From positions 7,189,962-7,253,961 of the forward strand of contig CAVNZM010000007.1 in assembly GCA_963693365.1 (NCBI GenBank): a DNA stretch of 64,000 nucleotides, written 5' to 3'. The position numbers and the translations under genes were made by a program. The notes beneath the pieces are model-generated. The model saw only the letters and a program-made list of their open reading frames with translations, was not told the origin of the DNA and made no database searches. Numbering within the stretch: position 1 is the first letter of the stretch; each line of letters begins with the position of its first letter. This DNA is from Amoebidium appalachense. Lineage: Eukaryota; Protista; Ichthyosporea. Below, one piece after another: positions 25,634-64,000 of the stretch.

Positions 25634-26990
25634 CTAGAATTTTGTAATCATTGTGTTTCTTAAGCCAATCAATACATCTAATAAACAGGTCACTCAAGAC
25701 GTGTGTTTAGTATAAAATCAAGGATGTTGTAATTTTCAGGTAGGCTATCTTTCTGGGTGTCTGTTGTGAATGTGTCGTGTGTGTGTTGCGGTATTATGTG
25801 GTCTATCAAAATACTTTTGGTGATACATGATCGTTTAAACTGGTGTGTGTGTGTGTTGTTTGGGCATGTAAACGATGCCACCTTACTGTATACTTATTAG
25901 ATCTCCACTGTATAGCTGGCACGCACTGACGTTACCTGGGCTGCTATGAACTTGCCGTTCGCCTCACACCCTTACACTCTCGCGACCGCGTGCATGCTTT
26001 CTCTCGCGGCGGCTCTACGGTCCCGAGAGTCCAGTGTTCGCTGTGTGTGTAAGGAAAAATACGAGTCACCTCAGTAGGTGACAGACTGTATAGCACGTGT
26101 ACACTGTAAAAGCGTGGTAAGTGATCAATAATACCATCAGCTCGAGAAAGACCAGTTCTACAGGAAGGTAATATGTATTTAGGTGTTATACATTTGTGAG
26201 TGCCATATTTGGCAATATGGTTAAGGCAGTCATTATATATAAAACGAGACACACGGCTTAGTTTTTCAAGGTGTCTGCTTTCATCGGGTCTAGTGTCGTG
26301 TGGTATCTTCTTCCATTTGTTATATTGTGTAATTATTTTGTGATTATGTACATGTCCAATAAGTAAGTGGCAGCCAAAGTCACACGCACACTTTTGCGGG
26401 GTTTAGTTGTATTGTGCCCGGGGAAGAGGGAGAGAGGGAGGGAAGGAAAGAGGGGAGAGGTGAGGAGGGGACAGGTCGGATATAGAAGAGAGGGTGGAGG
26501 GCAGATAATTCTTTAAGCGGCTTATATATGTGCTTATTGAATTTCAGCGTGAGATGGGATACTCTAGCAGCTATTGGGACCAGACAACCATATATATATC
26601 GAGAGCGTTACAGGCCCAGGTTTACAACAGTTGTTAGATAGAAAGGAGGCAATGTCTACTTCAAGGAAATTTGCCAAGGGTTTAAGGGGCCCTTAAGCGC
26701 TCTAGTTCTCTCTTTCTTGATCCAAGCGGCGAGCAGGGGTAAACCATATACACATGCCGGGAAGACAAAAGTGCGAATAAATGTAAGTCTATTAGAAGGA
26801 TGGAGGGCTGTGTCTTTAAAAATATTAGCCGAGAAGAAAGCTACAATTACGAGCCTTTTCAACCATCACCAGGAATCGCCAGATTTCTGGTATTTATACC
26901 GTCAGAGTGCATATGAAAGTTGCGTCATCGCCATGACGTCATCCCTGCCTGCTGGTGACGCACAGCCTGTTGGCAAGGTACAACGGAATG
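25634..26990 (-). mobile_element. Degenerate 5'-truncated non-LTR retrotransposon (ORF2 3' half)
   Basis: Frameshifted minus-strand fragments occur in the order expected for a LINE ORF2 C-terminus: RLTFIRTFVFPACVYGLPLLAAW (RT thumb-like), LVPIAARVSHLTLKFNKH, YILPSCRTG..RAD, AIQWRSN, CPNNTHTHQFKRSC, YNILDFILN..FIRCIDWL. They run into (CA)n on the element strand. The 5' boundary is approximate. Confidence 0.65.
25916..26084. mobile_element. ~169-bp MITE-like insertion nested in the LINE fragment
   Basis: Flanked by the direct repeat ACTGTATAG(C) at 25907-25915/6 and 26085-26093/4. Short imperfect TIR CTG(G/T)CAC. Removing it rejoins the LINE sequence (...RAIQWR). Confidence 0.6.
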
Positions 26991-27860
26991 CCAGGAAATC
27001 TTTGCCAAATCCACCTAATACCCATGAAAGTATGTTCGGCTGGGTTACAACCAAAAAAGTTATCTAAGCAGGAAGTGTATTGTTTCGGAATGTTTGCATA
27101 TTGTTGCTCTTTGAGTTGTGACAAAAATGAAGTAGAATAAAAACATTTGGTCCCAGGAATCTAATTAATCTTTTGCGTTTTTCATTTCGGATGAAGACTT
27201 TTTTTGGCGCCTTATAAAATGAAGACTCGTTTTCGGTGCCTTGTAAAACCCCTAAATTTTGGTCTACGGAGACGGACAGTTGTTAAATATTAGTTGTGCT
27301 TTCCTGTGTTTTGATTCGATTTCATTAGCCCTTCAAGAGCTAGCCGGTGTTGTATCCCCTCTGCACTGGGTCCTCTAATGATATGCAAACGTTTTGATAA
27401 AAAATGAGGACGCTAAATGGCCAATCACAGCAGGAATCGTTTTTAAAGGTCTTGCCGATTTTGCTCATTAAATAAGCATTCCATTGTTGGTTGTAAACTT
27501 TATGAAAACTTATACCGAAATAATGAAATGTTGCACCCATTTTTTAGTGATTCCCTCGCGGAACCGTCGGATGATCGCATATTCCGTTCCGCAATTTGGC
27601 GTCCCGACACGTCCCCTTCGCGTACGTGCGTCGCGGGTGCCTTTTGGGACAGTTTTTTACTAACAACACCCATACTTTTTGATTAATTCGGTTTTTGATA
27701 CATGTATACAGCAACTATTTTTAGCTTTGATTTATTATGTGTATTTATTATGGTTTTTGTGGGCATACAGGCCCGAGCTGGTCAAATTCCGGAATTTGGG
27801 TCGGAGGGGTCTTGGTACCGGTGAATGAGGCCCTTTTTTTCAGTGCACTTCCGAAGCCTT

Positions 27861-29660
<1,800 letters not shown>

Positions 29661-29849
29661 AGAACAAGAAAGCACGTAAATACTTTTTTTTTCTTTATAT
29701 TAGCAACATCATACCCAACGAGACACTAACATCCACACTGTGAAACCAACATCGATGTCAACTTCAACGTATGTTTGGCATACAGTTTACAAATTTTGAT
29801 TGGCTGCACAACTACCCCTGCACAGGGTCCGCGATTCCTGGTGGACCGT

Positions 29850-29990
29850 CGGAGGCCGCATGGTTGCAGACGCTCTTGTAAGGGAAAACATAACACCAAG
29901 GAACACCAAGATATTTGTATTCTGGAACGATAGGTACAGTACAGGTCTTGTGAGCCACCCGCCGAGAATAGCAGATGACATTTACGCAAA
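29850..29990 (-). mobile_element. Small decayed non-LTR reverse transcriptase fragment
   Basis: The minus strand gives LRKCHLL (RT domain 6-like) and, after a frameshift, VPIVPEYKYLGVP (the YKYLG motif of RT domain 7). Confidence 0.45.
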
Positions 29991-30429
29991 GAGCTTGTAA
30001 TATAAAATGGAGCGGCTGTTCAGTCTGTCCGTGTTCACTCGAGTTTGTCGAACAGAATCGCGTGTACATACAACGTTTGAGTCGAGTCAAGGAGCCACGA
30101 GTCCAACCTGCGCATGCATGCATATGTAGAAGCGGCGCGGGCAGCTACACATTGTGGCTAGGGCAGACTGGCAGTTAGTTGCACCGTGGCACCCCTTGCG
30201 CAGCTGCATAGCTACCCTGCGCTATGCACCATAAGCAGTTTAGTTAGGCCAGTTATTGCGTCCAAAACGCTGGCAGCACAAGACATTGCTGTGTCACGGT
30301 TCGTATTGACAGAATCCAAACCCGTTTCCACTCTTCAAGTCCCCTCAAAGAAAACAGTAATGGATCTCGTCACCCACCCAACATCCTGATAGCTCCAGCA
30401 CACTTCGGTGTGCCCATCTCTTTTTCAGC

Positions 30430-56809
<26,380 letters not shown>

Positions 56810-57154
56810 TTGGCGGCCAATTAAATTGCATCTTTTTGTGTGTGCAAATGGTACTTAGGGGTTGAGTGTGAATTTTCAGTAGTGCCTTGTGTGGATTTAT
56901 GTCATTTGTGGATTATAAAACCCGAAATCAGCATGTATGGAACGAAATTGATTAGTTATCACAATGCAAACAAACACGAGTATAGAGAGAATCGTGTGGG
57001 TGGACTGATCTGGTTTGCTGGTTTGCTGGTTTGTGTGTTTTTCCGTTTGTTTGTTGTCGGTTTCCTGGTTTTTTTTCCCTTTTTCCGTGGTGTTGGTGTG
57101 CATGTGTCTGACTGCGAATGTGTTTACATGTTTTGGCCCCCGAGGGGGGAGGAA

Positions 57155-57192
<38 letters not shown>

Positions 57193-57316
57193 AACGTACA
57201 AGTACAGGTAAAAACATGGTGCAAAGCTAGACACTACAACTTCACATGCACTCGGTTAATTGAGCTTTCAGACGGGGGAGGGGTTGGGGGTTTTTTTTTT
57301 GTTTTTTTTGTTTTTT

Positions 57317-57352
<36 letters not shown>

Positions 57353-58621
57353 GGGGGGCTCTTTCTAAACTACACATAGATGAGGCTGTAATGAAGTTGG
57401 ACACGAGACCATCAGTGAAATCTTACATTTGGAAAGATGCATCAGTGTTTGTGTTTATGTTAAAGATATGATCATTGCGTATGCGGTCTCTCCACCGAAT
57501 GCAACATTAGGCTGACCTTCAAGCAAACCCAAGGCCTGGTGCACTTGGGTTTAGTGTCGAAAGATATTTTGAATAAATTGGACAATTAAAATGCAAATGT
57601 GCCAGTGAATACGTACATGAATTGTTCGTTGCAATGCAGCGCCCATGCATGGCGAGTGGCACAAATGCACCAGCGTCATAAGCACACATGCATGTATATG
57701 CATGATACACACGTGCGCACACACGTTTGCACACACATACACCGTACTCACATGTGGCACACACACACACACACAGTCGCCGTGGCGACACACACATGTA
57801 CACACGCACACAGTGTGACTGTCAAACCGATCGAACGTACGTTAACATTTATATGCCACGTACGGCATGGATCAGCCACAGCGATTAATTATTATGCAAC
57901 ATCGCAGGCTCGTAGTAATGATTTGGAGCATGCATTGCATTTGGTGACCGGTGGTGTGTAAAAATGCGTATGTGTGTGTGTGTGGTTGAGTCCGGCTATG
58001 GCCGCCCGGTGGGTGGGTGGGTGGGTTGTTGTTAGGGGAGGAGGGGGGGGGGGGGGGGGGGGGGGGAAGTCATGACCATGTAAGGGGGTTTTGCCGTAAC
58101 ACTGGCCTAAGGGAAGAAGAGTGGCCGCCTAGCCGTAATCATGAAACATAACATAATAATTTATGCGGGGTACATTTCGCATGAAGTTCAAACTCTTGAT
58201 ACTTACACAAGGAAATGAATAACTTATGATGTGGCGTAACGTATGCATCATGGCTGGATCTCATTCGAAATCTCGGGGTTTCGAGAGGAGGGATCAGGTG
58301 AATCATAAGGGGAGGTGTGTGTGTGTGTGTGTGTGTGTTGGGGGGGGGGGGGGGGGGGGGGGGGGGAGGGGGGTTGGTTGGTCTTGTTTCTTGAACATCC
58401 TCTGGTGACATGTGTATTTTATGTAAGTCGATTTGCTTCCAAAGAACCCAACAAAAATTTATACAGCAAATTAGCCAAAACCTACACAATGATTATCTAT
58501 TATGCGTTTAAAACCCTGCAAACCCAGGTGGCCTATGTAATGGTTTACTGCGACTAGCTCATCAAGTGTTATGTCATTCGAAGCTTACTGCCATGTTGTC
58601 CATTCGTACCACATGTGTCTA

Positions 58622-58715
<94 letters not shown>

Positions 58716-58716
58716 A

Positions 58717-58762
<46 letters not shown>

Positions 58763-58860
58763 CGTGTGTGTGCGTGTGTGTGTGTGTGTGTGTGCGTGTC
58801 TTTTTTGTGTGTGCGTGCGAGCGCACGTGTGTGTGTGTGCGTGTGCGTTTGTGTGTGTGT

Positions 58861-58902
<42 letters not shown>

Positions 58903-59291
58903 ATAATGTCCGTGTGAAACCATACACATGTGCATAATGATCATGTATGACGCTTTCTCCCTCCGTGCATGAGAGAATACATCATGCCTATTTGTAGATG
59001 TGCATGCAAATACATGCACATAGATTCGTAGTAGGGCTGAGTGAATGTTGCGTTATACATAACAACCGTGATGTGCACAACGTGTAGGTGAAGGAAGGCA
59101 TACTCAGAGAATGACTTGGTTAACTTGTGTCTGTACACGTTTCCATGTGCACGTGCGTGTATTCGCGTCAGAAAGGATGGTCTGTAATTGAACGTGTGTG
59201 AACGCGTGCTCGTCCAAGTATCTATGTGTGGGTGGGCATGTGTATCCGTGCATTAAAGTGTACACGTCGCAAACATGACGGGTGGAGCGAG

Positions 59292-59356
<65 letters not shown>

Positions 59357-59473
59357 ACCCGCACACCTTCCCCCGTGCCGCAAAACGTGCTACTGCACAA
59401 CACCACTACTGTGACTATCATAAAAATCACTGAGTTATAAACCTAACTCATTCACGCATATCTAAACCCACAG

Positions 59474-60644
59474 TTACTGGCCGGGACCTAGGTACTCGTA
59501 GCAAAAATCCCATATTCTCTTGCCCTCCTCCAGTGATCGTGTCTCATACAGGGTCTTGGGTCTCCACTCCGGTCTCTCCCTCCAGAATCCACTCTCTCCA
59601 TCTCCAACTTTCCCCCTCCACCTCTCGCTCGCCATACCAAACACATCCATCACATGTTGTGCATATTCATCAACGTCCGTCGCTATGTGCATAAGCCCAC
59701 CGGGCACCAACACACGTTCATATACCGGCAAGGTCTCCCCACGTACTATCCGCCTGTCGTCGTCTCCCATTTTCGTCCATGGGTCGGGAAAAAACACGCA
59801 CAGTTCATGCACGCTCTCCTCTCTCACGTTATTACGCAAAACTTTCATAGCATCTCCGCCCACTATTTTGACGTTCGTTAACTTCGACGCGTCTATTCTT
59901 TTCAAAGTCGCCCCTACCCCTGCTTTCATCATTTCAATCCCAACGAAATTCTTTTCTGGAAACATCTCCGCCATTCCCATTATGCTATCGCCCATGCCGA
60001 ACCCAACATCCAAAACCACCGGTGCGCTCCGCTCAAACACAGCTTCGAAGTTAAAGTCATCCGAATAAAGCGATCTCAGACCGTGTATGGGCATCAACTC
60101 CGTTAAAGCGCGCTTTTGTGCTGGCGACACAAAACTCTGCTTGGTTCTATACCATGTCGGATAGTGAGAGAAATTTCTCTGATCCCTCCTCCTCTTTGTC
60201 CTGGCCGCATTCTTCAAAAACTGTGACTCGAGGTCTTGGCGGTCTGACTCAGTGGGTGCGCACACACCCAAAGGTTCCATGAGCGCAAAGAAGTCGTCTT
60301 CATCTGTTTGCTGGGCGGTTATATCATCACCCTGCTGGCAGATCCGTTAGCTCGGTGTGCAAAACCAGGTACATCATGGCTTTGCGGAGGTGAAACGTTT
60401 TCGTGTTTTTATTAGCAGGATTGCCTTGGAAGGGACATAACAAACAAGCGGCAATGGAAAGAACCTTAGGGCTATGAAACAAAAAAGCTCGGTGTTGGAT
60501 CTAGTAGCGGAAACCTGAAGGGGGAACATCACGGCCCACTCGTTGGCACATACACCCGAAAAGAACGGGTAAATGCTGGTCTGGGTTTCCAAGCAGCGGT
60601 TTTTGTCTTACCAGCTGAAGGGAGGTAATGTCATCCCCTTCCAT
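59474..60644 (-). CDS. trmB: Bacterial-type tRNA (guanine-N7)-methyltransferase TrmB, about 296 aa, 2 exons
   Basis: Main exon 60331-59474 carries SPAQKRALTELMP, VLDVGFGMG (SAM-binding), NFVGIE, GDA, FFPDPWTK...RRIV, LHIATD-like MHIATDVDEY and RPKTLYE. It is preceded by a GCTAAC branch point and CCAGCAG acceptor. The proposed exon 1, 60644-60612 (MEGDDITSLQL|GTAAGA), is less certain. Confidence 0.88.
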
Positions 60645-62291
60645 TCTTAGGTTGATGTTCTGTTTTTCTCGTTCCTCTCCTGGCGTGTGCACACGTGAAA
60701 CATAGGAATCAAGACAGACTGAAAGACAGTGGTGAATGCGATTTGATAATAGACCGGTTTAGAAATGATAATTTTCAAATTCTGCCTAACCTTATATGGC
60801 TCACCGGAACAATTCGAATCTTATGATTGGTTGCGCCAAAAGTAAGGGCCAAGGTAAGGGCCGCTCAGGCGGTGACAGGCCAAAATCTCAGACCGACAGC
60901 CTCTCAAAAGCAGTTGGGCCCCGATTTTACTTAGAAATTTGGTTTTCGGCCATAAGAAAAAGTTTTAGGAAATAAAAAGGCGCGCAAAAATGATATAAGC
61001 AGTCGGGGTGCTCCGACAACGCCTACATCGCTAAAATCATCAAAACCCGTCTTCCATAGCCTCTTACCACCTTGTTTCGAGGTCGATCGTCTATGATGAA
61101 ATTATGGTTTTTGCCTGTCTTCGCTACGAAATAGGCGCCGGACACCCAATGTTGCTTATACAAAAATTGCTTGTCGCTTTGTTTATCAAATAATTTACTA
61201 ATGGAGCAAAACCCTTTTCTAATTCAGATTATCGATTTTAAGCATTATAAGCAGGATTTGGTATATGACCGCCGATCACTCAGCCGGTCAGCCCTTCATT
61301 TCGCCAGTTCGGCTGGCTGGATCTCTCTAGAGCGAAGCAAACACATTGAGATTCTCAATTAGTAAATCTAAATTGGTCTATACGCTCATGATATTTAGGT
61401 AAATAGGCAGTAAACATTTTTTTTTAACAAAATGACACCTTTATAATAGAGTAGTTTATTATGCTGAATGGTCTTGACATTTTACTTGTAAAAAGGGAAT
61501 GTACAAGAGCACGAATGCGTAACTAGTCTAAAAATCAAGAGAGGTGTTATCCTCAAGATCACATTCATTTCCAGGTTTTGGGAGTTTAATGACGTCATTT
61601 TAGGGGGCTTTGAAGGTACTGATCATGGACAGAGGCTCACAGAACATAGTGGCAGCCCGGACTGGACGATTTGATTGGCTCATAGGTTTAATCACTGATT
61701 CTGGAATAGTTTATATTTTTAATGTACGGCGAAAATCACATTGTTTCCTAGGCCATTGTGATGTAGGCATTTTGATTGGTGGTGCATGTCCTGGTAGACC
61801 TCCCGGCTCAGAAAAAAATGGCTCAGTCTCGCCACAGCGTGGGAGAAGAACAATACAACAGTCAGTTAGGCATCAAGCTTCGGGTACGTACCGGCTACTA
61901 CTTTACATGTTTTCAAGTCGTCCTTAATAAACTGTATGGTCGATATTTATTGATTAGCCATATTTCACACAACTAGCCCACACACTCATCATCACGTACA
62001 CGCATACATTCTTCAAAGTTTGCGGGTATGAGCAAACACACACCCTCTCTCTCTTTCTCTTCACACACACACACACACACACGCACACATACACACACAC
62101 GTTCACACAGGTACGTGCGCGCGCAGACACACACACACACACACACACATTCACACATTCACACACTCACACACTCACACATACACGCACGCATGCAGGC
62201 ACGCACACACACATACACGTGCACCCACACACGCGCGCACGCACGCACATACATACGCACACGCACACAAACACACACAATCACGCGCACG

Positions 62292-62360
<69 letters not shown>

Positions 62361-62834
62361 CTATGGTTCCATCTCTTGCGTGTTGGTGTAGGTGTGTTGT
62401 GTGGTGTAGGTTGAAAAGCTAAGGGAGGGAAGGGTAGCCAGGGTAGGAGAAGCCACTAGGAGAGGAGAGCTCAGGCTCGGCGTGGAAGCATGTGCTTGCG
62501 TAAAACCCTTTTCATGGGTGCTGGCATGAGACTGGTTGGATATTTGCTATGATATGGCTGGGAAGTCTGTATAAGGTGTGAAGTTGATGGGTGTGAGGAA
62601 GTTGAGGGGTGTGAGGGAACAGTAGGTGTCGTGTGTGGCTGCAGAAGCCTCAGGTATGGATGAGTTGAGGTCTGTGTCGGGTATGTGGTTCAGGGGTTGG
62701 AGTAAATCATAGGTTTGTGCATCAGGAGGCCCAGATAGGGCTGCGGCGAGGCCTGTGTAAACTGGTGGTGTCTGGGAGGGATTCGTAGATGGTGTGTGCC
62801 CGGAAGATAACACGCGACTCCACCACACAGACAC
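62361..62834 (-). pseudogene. Decayed S/T/P-rich reading frame in opposite orientation to the LINE ORF2 (possible inverted ORF1 piece)
   Basis: The frame of ORF 62547..62834 continues past a single TAG for about 62 more codons (QISNQSHAST...TQEMEP*) to 62361, where it meets (CA)n. No recognisable domain. Confidence 0.35.
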
Positions 62835-64000
62835 ACTGCAAGTGAGTGTCGGGTACCCATCTAAGCCCCCGGAGCGTGCTATCCCTTTAGCAAGGTATGT
62901 CCAAAGTCACACTTTGCGGTTCCCTCAAATATCCCATGCCCACAACACCGACTGGGGAGTGGCCTTTTGGCCATCAACCATGTCAAAACTCTCTCTCCCT
63001 CCTAACCTCTCTAGGTCATCTGACCACTCTCCTATCCTTTTCCTACCTAAGATCTCCCTTGATCTGCTCCCCCCTCCCCCTCCCACCTTTCGCCTCCGTC
63101 TATCCCAGCTTAAGTCACAGTGGGGTAGAGTTGATGTATGTGTATGCTATGCTACGAAACACCCTATATATATGCGCCTATTAGAATCTGCACAAGCCAG
63201 GCCAGATTCACATCTCGTACTAGATACATGCACTAACTTTATTGTTGATGATTTGATAGATCTCGGTGATTATGCTGGCGGTGGTAGGAAGGAATATCCC
63301 GATGCTCTCTTGTTACCAAACACCACTCCCGCTAGACTAGGTGAACCCCTGTCTCAAAAGGAAAGCTTGCGCCGGCTTGCTAGTATGAATCGATTTGGCC
63401 CCCCTGCTCGTATTATTGGTGATACCACTGGAGACCCCCTCATAGACTCTGATAAGTATTTCTCGGAACTGTTTAAAGATAGGACCCCCGCTCAGAAACC
63501 TATTGTGTGGCCTGTAGACCCATCTATCCCCATAGAATCGATCCTCCCCTTTTTCAGTCCCGATGCCATATGGTCTGTGATATCTAGTTATAGCTCTAGT
63601 AAGTCTTGTGGACCTGATGGACTCCCTGCTGGGTTTCTTAAAATCCTTGTTCCCTCCTACCCACAAAAGGAAAGTGATCGTGCTATTAAACCTGATCTTA
63701 CTATCATGTTAAGCTCTCTCTTTTCTTGGTGTGTTAAATGTGGACATGTCCCGTCATCTTGGTTAGATACCTTAGTGATCCCCATAGTTAAGAAGGACTC
63801 TGAGGGCCCCATATCATCCTTTCGCCCCATTACACTAACCCAGGTTGTTCGTAGATTCTTTGAAGCTTGCTTACTTAGGTTATTTGCACATCACCCTAGG
63901 TTTCAATCTATTCTTCACATACACCCATGCCAATCCGCTTTTCGTAAAAACAATTCATGTTATGTTCAAATAATGGCACTGCACGATTCTATGCAAGTTG
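62761..64000 (+). mobile_element. Non-LTR retrotransposon ORF2 (end of APE endonuclease plus start of reverse transcriptase), running off the window
   Basis: Stop-free frame 62761-64000, absent from the ORF track presumably because it has no stop in the window. It contains SSDHSPI (APE terminal SDH motif), YFSELF, KSCGPDGLP, GHVPSSWLDTLVIPIVKK, FRPITLTQVVRRFFE and QSAFRK. Confidence 0.9.

Noticed and set aside
59520-60068. 182-aa plus-strand ORF
   Set aside because: Antisense shadow of the TrmB coding exon.
63337-63666. 109-aa minus-strand ORF
   Set aside because: Antisense shadow of the LINE ORF2 frame.

Overview
Eukaryotic nuclear DNA with many introns. The species cannot be determined, although TRAPPC9 resembles the animal/holozoan type. 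Most ORFs in the six-frame track are artefacts of poly-G/C, (CA)n/(GT)n, (AG)n and (CGTG)n tracts. Manual splicing gives six genes: the first coding exon of a probable RPS2 (-); an intronless pogo/Tigger/CENP-B-like gene with a broken DDD triad (+); a 15-exon TAF1B/Rrn7 (-, 6467-20790); a secreted Thr/Ala-rich protein (+); a 32-exon TRAPPC9/Trs120 (+, 30430-56809); and a bacterial-type TrmB (-). Mobile DNA comprises three non-LTR retrotransposon pieces and three small TIR/TSD elements. The most notable observations are: (1) a clear U12-type AT-AC intron in TRAPPC9; (2) recurrent diverged 'ghost' copies of exon/intron junctions lying about 150-230 nt from the real junction; (3) two long fold-back hairpins that arose independently in a tandem duplication; (4) 3' splice sites lacking polypyrimidine tracts, some preceded only by (CA)n; and (5) a bacterial-type TrmB that may be horizontally acquired. 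No CRISPR array, rRNA or tRNA was seen. All gene models are manual and were not checked against transcripts. Family assignments come from remembered motifs, not database searches.
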